Part shown: in pieces, positions 6,793 to 11,751 of the stretch
Layout: every line of letters begins with the position of its first letter
Numbering within the stretch: position 1 is the first letter of the stretch
Assembly (NCBI GenBank): GCA_044869275.1
Contig: JBIOXB010000031.1
Coordinates: 1-11,751, forward strand
DNA length: 11,751 bases
Source of the DNA: a bacterium
Lineage (GTDB): Bacteria > Zhuqueibacterota > Zhuqueibacteria > Zhuqueibacterales > Zhuqueibacteraceae
Reading direction: 5' to 3'
Program-made: the position numbers and the translations under genes
The notes under the pieces: generated by a model
What the model was told of the DNA's origin: nothing
What the model saw: the letters and a program-made list of their open reading frames with translations, nothing else
Database searches by the model: none

Positions 6793-9169
6793 ATTCGTAT
6801 CGCAATGCTTCGGCCGGATTCGCCAGCGCCGCTTTGAACGCCTGTGCGCACACTGTCACCAAGGCGATCAAAAGCGCGCCAGCGCCGGAGAGCGCAAACA
6901 CCCACCAGCCGAGATCGATGCGAAAGGCAAACTCCGCCAGCCATTGGTTCATGGCAAAGTATGCCACCGGCCAGGCGATGACGTTCGCGAGCAGCACCAT
7001 TTTGACAAACTCCTGCGACAGCAAGCCCGTGACACTGGCAACGCTGGCACCCAAAACTTTGCGGATGCCGATTTCGCGGGTGCGTTGCTCAGCAGAAAAA
7101 GCGGCCAAGCCGAACAATCCCAAACAACCGATGAAAACCGAAAGGCCCCCGAAGAGAGTAAAGAGCGTCGCTTCCGTTTGTTCCTGCCAATAAAGTTGAT
7201 CCAACGTTTCATCCAAAAATGAGAACTCGAACGGATAGGCGGGCGACAAGCCTTTCCAATGTGATTCGAGAGCGGCGAGCGAGCTCCGCAGGTCGCGGGC
7301 ATCGAGCTTGACCACGACTACGTTGCACCACGGCCGCAGGGCGACCACCAGCGGCTCGATGGCGTCTTTTAAAGATGAAAAATGGTAATCGCCGATAATG
7401 CCGATCACCCGGCTGCGCGTGCTGTCAAACATAATGTTGTGCATCATTTTGCCGAGAGCTTGCTCATTGCTCCATCCCAGCATTTTCACCGCGGTTTCAT
7501 TGAGTAGAACGGCCTGCTGCGCATCGGTGCCGAACGCGCGCGAGAAATCACGGCCTGCTACTATTTGCAAGCCGAGCGTTTGGATATAGTCGTGATCCGC
7601 AAATACGGTGCGCATGCGCCAGTTTTGACCGCTGCCTTCCACGCTGAACGACATGGAATCGTGAAAACCGCCCGGCTCACCGGACATGGCGGAAGCGCCC
7701 AGCACCCCGGGTGCCGTGCGCACGCGCGCGACGAAATCTTCCTGCCGCTCGCGCATTTCGCGGTGATTGATCGGAATCAAAACCACGTGCGCTTCATCGA
7801 AACCCAATTCCTTATGGCGCATGTAATCGAGCTGCCGGCCGATCACCAGCGTGCCGATAATCAAAACGATGGCAACGCAGAATTGAAACACCACCAACCC
7901 TTGCCGGACTGAGATGCCCTGAACCTTGGCAGCGCTCTGGCTTTTGAGAGCCAGTGCGGGCTGGAAAGATGACAAAAGCAGGGCGGGATAACTGCTGGCC
8001 AGGAGCGAGACCAGCAGCAGCAAAGCCGACAGCAGCGCCAGAACTGCCGGAGAGTTGAAATCCATAGCCAGGTCGAGGCCAAAGGCCGAATTTAGATAAG
8101 GCAACAAAAGCTCGCAGCCGCCCCAAGCCACTACAATGGCGCCAAAGGTCAGCAACAAAGATTCGGTAAAGAATTGCAGCACGAGCTTCGATCGAACAGC
8201 GCCGAGCGCCTTGCGGACGCCGATTTCCCGGGCCCGCCGGCCGGCGCGCGCCGTGGTCAAATTCATGTAATTGATGCAAGCCAGGATCAGGATGAAGGCG
8301 GCCACCGCCGAGAACACATAAACTGAATTCCGGTCGCCGTGCTTGGCGCGATCGTAACGAATGTCTTTTTGAAAGTAAATCTCAGACAAGCGCTGCAGCT
8401 TGGGATCGATGCGCGCACCGTTGCGCTTAAAATCTTCCCCGAGATATTTGTCGATAAAGCCGGAGAGCCCGGCGGCGACGCGGCGGGCTTCAGCGGGATT
8501 GTCAATCAGAACGTACGTAAACAACCGATTCCCCCACCAATCGTTGAACCAGTCACGTTCGCGAAACATTTCAAGGCTGGCGATGAAATCGAAGTCCAGG
8601 TGCGAGCGCAACTGGTTCTCGGCAACCAGGCCGGTAACCATGAACTCGAAGCGATTGTCAAGGGTGAGTGTCTTGCCCATGGGATCGCTTTCGCCAAAGT
8701 ATTTGCGCGCCATTTCCGCGGTGAGCACGATGGAATTGGGATGGGCCAGCACCGTTGCCGGATCACCCTTTGCCAAGGGAAAGGAAAATATCTGGAAGAA
8801 GTTTTTATCCGCCAAATAAACCTTCTTCTCCAGAAACGCGCGCTGGTCGTAGGTCACCAAGCCTTCGTCGGCCATGACGCGCACGACGTCTTTGATGCTG
8901 GCAGGAAAATCGTTTTTCAGCGCGGGGCCGTAAGGCGCGGCAGTGATGGCGATGAGGTATTCGTTATTATTGACCGCGGCCTGGCGAATCACGCGATAGA
9001 TTTGATCGCCTTTTTCATGAAAACGATCGTGCGTCAGTTCGGCATGGACATACGCCACAATCATTATGGTCACAGTCAAGCCGAGAGCGAGACCCAACAG
9101 GTTGAGAGCGGTGAAGAGCCGGTGCCGCAAAAGGCTGCGCCAGCTTGTTTTGATGAGGTTCGTGAACAT
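6791..9169 (-). CDS. ABC transporter permease, MacB/FtsX family, duplicated type (2 periplasmic + 2 FtsX halves), paralog 1, 792 aa
   Basis: Start reassigned to ATG 9169 (MFTNLIKTSWRSL), matching the N-termini of the paralogs. Contains LACINYMNL..RAREIGVRKALGA and a second RTREIGIRKVLGA motif, ends ANPAEALRYE, and has no Walker A/B motifs. Confidence 0.93.
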   Translation of the reverse strand: MFTNLIKTSWRSLLRHRLFTALNLLGLALGLTVTIMIVAYVHAELTHDRFHEKGDQIYRVIRQAAVNNNEYLIAITAAPYGPALKNDFPASIKDVVRVMADEGLVTYDQRAFLEKKVYLADKNFFQIFSFPLAKGDPATVLAHPNSIVLTAEMARKYFGESDPMGKTLTLDNRFEFMVTGLVAENQLRSHLDFDFIASLEMFRERDWFNDWWGNRLFTYVLIDNPAEARRVAAGLSGFIDKYLGEDFKRNGARIDPKLQRLSEIYFQKDIRYDRAKHGDRNSVYVFSAVAAFILILACINYMNLTTARAGRRAREIGVRKALGAVRSKLVLQFFTESLLLTFGAIVVAWGGCELLLPYLNSAFGLDLAMDFNSPAVLALLSALLLLVSLLASSYPALLLSSFQPALALKSQSAAKVQGISVRQGLVVFQFCVAIVLIIGTLVIGRQLDYMRHKELGFDEAHVVLIPINHREMRERQEDFVARVRTAPGVLGASAMSGEPGGFHDSMSFSVEGSGQNWRMRTVFADHDYIQTLGLQIVAGRDFSRAFGTDAQQAVLLNETAVKMLGWSNEQALGKMMHNIMFDSTRSRVIGIIGDYHFSSLKDAIEPLVVALRPWCNVVVVKLDARDLRSSLAALESHWKGLSPAYPFEFSFLDETLDQLYWQEQTEATLFTLFGGLSVFIGCLGLFGLAAFSAEQRTREIGIRKVLGASVASVTGLLSQEFVKMVLLANVIAWPVAYFAMNQWLAEFAFRIDLGWWVFALSGAGALLIALVTVCAQAFKAALANPAEALRYE

Positions 9170-9238
9170 GGCGATTTCCGGATTTAGTGAGCCAGAATTT
9201 ATAGATCGGTCTCGACACCAGCCACCGTTGCTGTTCAC

Positions 9239-9253
9239 TCAATAACCATACCA
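9239..9253 (-). promoter_or_regulatory. Putative sigma54 (RpoN) -24/-12 promoter for the permease array
   Basis: Minus strand reads TGGTATG-GTTA-TTGA against consensus TGGCACG-N4-TTGC, with correct spacing and an A instead of C at -12. It is preceded by an A-rich tract. Predicted TSS is about 9227, 58 nt before ATG 9169. Confidence 0.65.
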
Positions 9254-9331
9254 TATTTGTTTTTTATGATCTTTGGAGCGTATTCAGGGGGGAAGGTGGA
9301 GCGTTGGGATGACCACTTGCTTGACAGGCGG

Positions 9332-9347
9332 TGTACGTGCGCGAACA
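9332..9347. promoter_or_regulatory. Putative enhancer (UAS) for a sigma54-dependent activator
   Basis: TGTACG-TGCG-CGAACA is a TGTnCG-N4-CGnACA dyad (TGT-N10-ACA) located at -105 to -120 relative to the predicted TSS. Confidence 0.55.
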
Positions 9348-9389
9348 GGTTTGAAGGACGTGTATGATCTTGGTTGGTGGGAGTCGCCC

Positions 9390-10376
9390 TCAATCCCAGC
9401 CTGCAGATTCCTGCAGTGCGATGGTCTTCATGGCTTGAATCCAGCGCTCGCTGTCATTCAGACAGGGAATGAGATGAAGCTGCTCGCCGCCGGTGGCATG
9501 AAATTGTTCCTGTCCGATCTCGCCGATTTCATCGATGGTTTCCAGGCAATCCGTGGTGAAACCGGGACACAGAGCGGCGATGCGTTTGCAGCCCTGCTTG
9601 CCCAGCTCGGCGAGGGTCACATCCGTGTAGGGCTGCAGCCAGGCCTCATTGCCGAATCGTGACTGGAAGGACATAATATAGTCGCCATCTTTCCAGCCCA
9701 GTTCCTGCGCGAGCAGGCGAACCGTGGCCTCGCAATGTTGCGGGTAGGGATCGCCGTTGTCGGCATAGCGTTGCGGAATGCCGTGAAAGCTGATTAAAAT
9801 TTTTTCCGGTTGCCAGGCCAGTTCGCCCAAGCTCGCGCGCACGGATTCGGCGAGGGTCGTGATATAGGCGGAATGATCGAAGTAGGGTCGCACCACTCGC
9901 AACGCCGGCACGTAGCGGCGCTTGGGGAGATGCTTAAAAACCTCATCGTAGGTCGAGGCCGTGGTCGCCGCGGCATATTGCGGATACATGGGAAACACCA
10001 AAACGCCGTCAACACCTTTGCGGCAGAGCGCCTCGATTGCCACGGGAATTGAAGGTTGGCCATAACGCATGCCGAGCACGACTTCAAACTTATCGCCGTG
10101 CTCGCGGCGCAGTTCTTCCTGCAGCTGGCGCACCTGGGATTGGCTGATGACCAAAAGCGGCGATCCCCGCTCGGTCCAGATTTTTTGATAAAGTCTGGCC
10201 GAGCGCCGCGGCCGCACCACCAATACAATGAGATTGAGAATGAGCCACCACAATACGCGGTTCAATTCGATCACGCGAGGGTCGCTGAGAAACTGGCGCA
10301 AGTAGCGCCGCAGGGCTTTGGGCGTGGGCGCATCGGGCGTGCCGAGCTGCGCCAGTAGAATGCCGATTTTTAGCAT
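9390..10376 (-). CDS. hemH: Ferrochelatase, protoporphyrin (PpfC / E. coli HemH-like) type, 328 aa
   Basis: Motifs LGTP, YLRQFLSDPRVIE, YQKIW..GSPL, GMRYGQP, PMYPQY, SFHGIP (catalytic His), GDPY..HC, FQSRFG..WLQPYT, PGFTTDCLETIDEI and IPCLND. The start overlaps the hemL stop (ATGCTAA). Confidence 0.97.
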   Translation of the reverse strand: MLKIGILLAQLGTPDAPTPKALRRYLRQFLSDPRVIELNRVLWWLILNLIVLVVRPRRSARLYQKIWTERGSPLLVISQSQVRQLQEELRREHGDKFEVVLGMRYGQPSIPVAIEALCRKGVDGVLVFPMYPQYAAATTASTYDEVFKHLPKRRYVPALRVVRPYFDHSAYITTLAESVRASLGELAWQPEKILISFHGIPQRYADNGDPYPQHCEATVRLLAQELGWKDGDYIMSFQSRFGNEAWLQPYTDVTLAELGKQGCKRIAALCPGFTTDCLETIDEIGEIGQEQFHATGGEQLHLIPCLNDSERWIQAMKTIALQESAGWD

Positions 10377-11668
10377 TTGGCGAACGCGACAAAAACTTCC
10401 TCAGCGGCGGCCAATGTTTGCTGGATTTGTTCAGTCGTGTGCGCGAGCGACACGAATGCGGCTTCGAACTGTGAAGGGGCAAAATAGAAACCGCGTTGCA
10501 ACATTTCATGAAAGAAACGGCCATAACGTTGCGTGTCGGAAGTCTTCGCGTCCTCGTAGTTGCGCACTTCATGCGCCGTGAAAAACATTCCCAGCATGCC
10601 GCCGGCGTGGCTGGTTTGCAAGGGAATCTTGTGCTTGCTGGCAAGCTGCGCCAATCCTGCGGTGAGCTGGCGGCTCAACTTCTCCAGCTTATCAAAAGCA
10701 CCGGAAGTGTTGAGCAATCGTAGCGTCGCCGCGCCCGCAGCCATGGCCACAGGATTTCCGGAAAGCGTGCCGGCTTGATAAACTGGCCCAAGCGGCGCGA
10801 GCTTTTGCATAATGTCAGCGCGACCGCCGAAGGCTGCGCACGGAAATCCGCCGCCAATCACTTTGCCAAGACAGGTGAGATCTGGTTTGATATGATAAAG
10901 CGATTGTGCGCTGCCCCTGGCCACGCGAAAGCCGGTCATGACCTCATCGAAGATCAACACCGCGCCTGCGTCTGCGGTGGCATCACGCAGGCCTTCGAGA
11001 AAATCCCCTTGCGGCAGCACCATGCCCATGTTGCCGGCAATCGGCTCGACAATGACAGCGGCGATTTCTTTGCCGTGCTTGATGAACAGCTCGCCAACCG
11101 CCACGCTGTCGTTGAACGGCAGGACCATGGTGTCCCTGGTCACCGCTTGCGGCACGCCGGGACTATCGGGCAGCCCGAGCGTTGCGACGCCCGAGCCGGC
11201 CTGCGCGAGCAGCAAGTCCGCATGGCCGTGATAACAGCCCGCAAACTTGACAATCTTGTCACGTCCGGTAAAACCACGCGCCAGCCGCAGGGCGCTCATC
11301 GTCGCCTCGGTGCCGGAGCTGACGAAGCGCAGTAATTGCATGGAGGGCAAGGCGGCTTTGATTAGTTCCGCCAGCTCGAGTTCAGGCGGGGTTGGCGCGC
11401 CGAAGGACGAGCCATTGCGCACGGTTCGTATCACCGCTTCAATCACCTCGGCTGGTGCATGCCCGGCAATGAGCGGGCCCCACGAGCCGACAAAATCCAA
11501 ATAACGATTGCCATCCAAATCGATAACATACGGCCCCTCGCCCTTGACCATCACCGGCGGCACACCGCCCACAGCTTTGAAGGCGCGCACCGGCGAATTC
11601 ACGCCGCCAGGAAAATGCTTCTGCGCCTCGGCGAACCATTGTTCGGACTTGGTTATTCTGAAAGGCAT
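10370..11668 (-). CDS. hemL: Glutamate-1-semialdehyde 2,1-aminomutase (class III PLP aminotransferase), 432 aa
   Basis: Family motifs PGGVNSPVRAF, FVSSGTEATMSALRLARGFTGR, KFAGCYHGHAD, LIFDEVMTGFR, DLTCLGKVIGGGFP (PLP lysine), GTLSGNP and PSQFEA. SD AGGGAG (11675-11680) lies 6 nt before the ATG. Confidence 0.98.
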   Translation of the reverse strand: MPFRITKSEQWFAEAQKHFPGGVNSPVRAFKAVGGVPPVMVKGEGPYVIDLDGNRYLDFVGSWGPLIAGHAPAEVIEAVIRTVRNGSSFGAPTPPELELAELIKAALPSMQLLRFVSSGTEATMSALRLARGFTGRDKIVKFAGCYHGHADLLLAQAGSGVATLGLPDSPGVPQAVTRDTMVLPFNDSVAVGELFIKHGKEIAAVIVEPIAGNMGMVLPQGDFLEGLRDATADAGAVLIFDEVMTGFRVARGSAQSLYHIKPDLTCLGKVIGGGFPCAAFGGRADIMQKLAPLGPVYQAGTLSGNPVAMAAGAATLRLLNTSGAFDKLEKLSRQLTAGLAQLASKHKIPLQTSHAGGMLGMFFTAHEVRNYEDAKTSDTQRYGRFFHEMLQRGFYFAPSQFEAAFVSLAHTTEQIQQTLAAAEEVFVAFAKC

Positions 11669-11690
11669 ATCATGCTCCCTTGTTGAAGCA

Positions 11691-11751
11691 GACTTGGTGA
11701 CTTGGTGACGAGGAGACTGAGAGACAGGGAGATGGGGGAGACGGGGAGAGT
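11691..11751. repeat. Degenerate octamer tandem array upstream of hemL (cut by window edge)
   Basis: On + strand: GACTTGGT GACTTGGT GACGAGGA GACTGAGA GACAGGGA GATGGGGGA GACGGGGA GAGT. One unit is 9 nt long. Confidence 0.85.

Noticed and set aside
8339..9187. 282-aa plus-strand ORF and the other plus-strand ORFs across the window
   Set aside because: They lie antisense to well-supported genes, and long shadow frames are expected with this codon bias.
9170..9238. N-terminal extension of paralog 1 from GTG 9238 (likewise TTG 6717 for paralog 2)
   Set aside because: No homology to the paralog N-termini, and 9238 lies upstream of the predicted sigma54 TSS. ATG 9169 and ATG 6702 align with the family start.
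9321..9326. Perfect TTGACA (-35 hexamer) on the + strand, pointing antisense into hemH
   Set aside because: No -10-like hexamer 16-18 nt downstream (the 17-nt position reads AACAGG).
9379..9389. Small GGG-CGACT-CCC hairpin right after the hemH stop as a terminator
   Set aside because: The stem is only 3 bp and there is no U-tract.

Overview
All genuine genes in this window are on the minus strand. Reading right to left: hemL and hemH (overlapping by 7 nt), then a 220-bp intergenic region with a sigma54-type -24/-12 motif and a palindromic TGT-N10-ACA activator-like site about 105-120 bp upstream. Next comes a tandem array of at least four paralogous, about 800-aa, internally duplicated MacB/FtsX-family ABC permeases; the fourth is missing from the ORF track and runs off the left edge. 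No ATPase, periplasmic adaptor or TolC gene is in the window. The most unusual feature is non-coding: each of the three permease-permease junctions is filled by a palindrome built from degenerate 7-nt tandem repeats (NGCATRG units facing CYATGCN units). Each palindrome starts inside the upstream stop codon, and at two junctions it ends at or 1 nt before the next Shine-Dalgarno. An analogous degenerate 8-nt repeat arm lies just upstream of hemL at the right edge.
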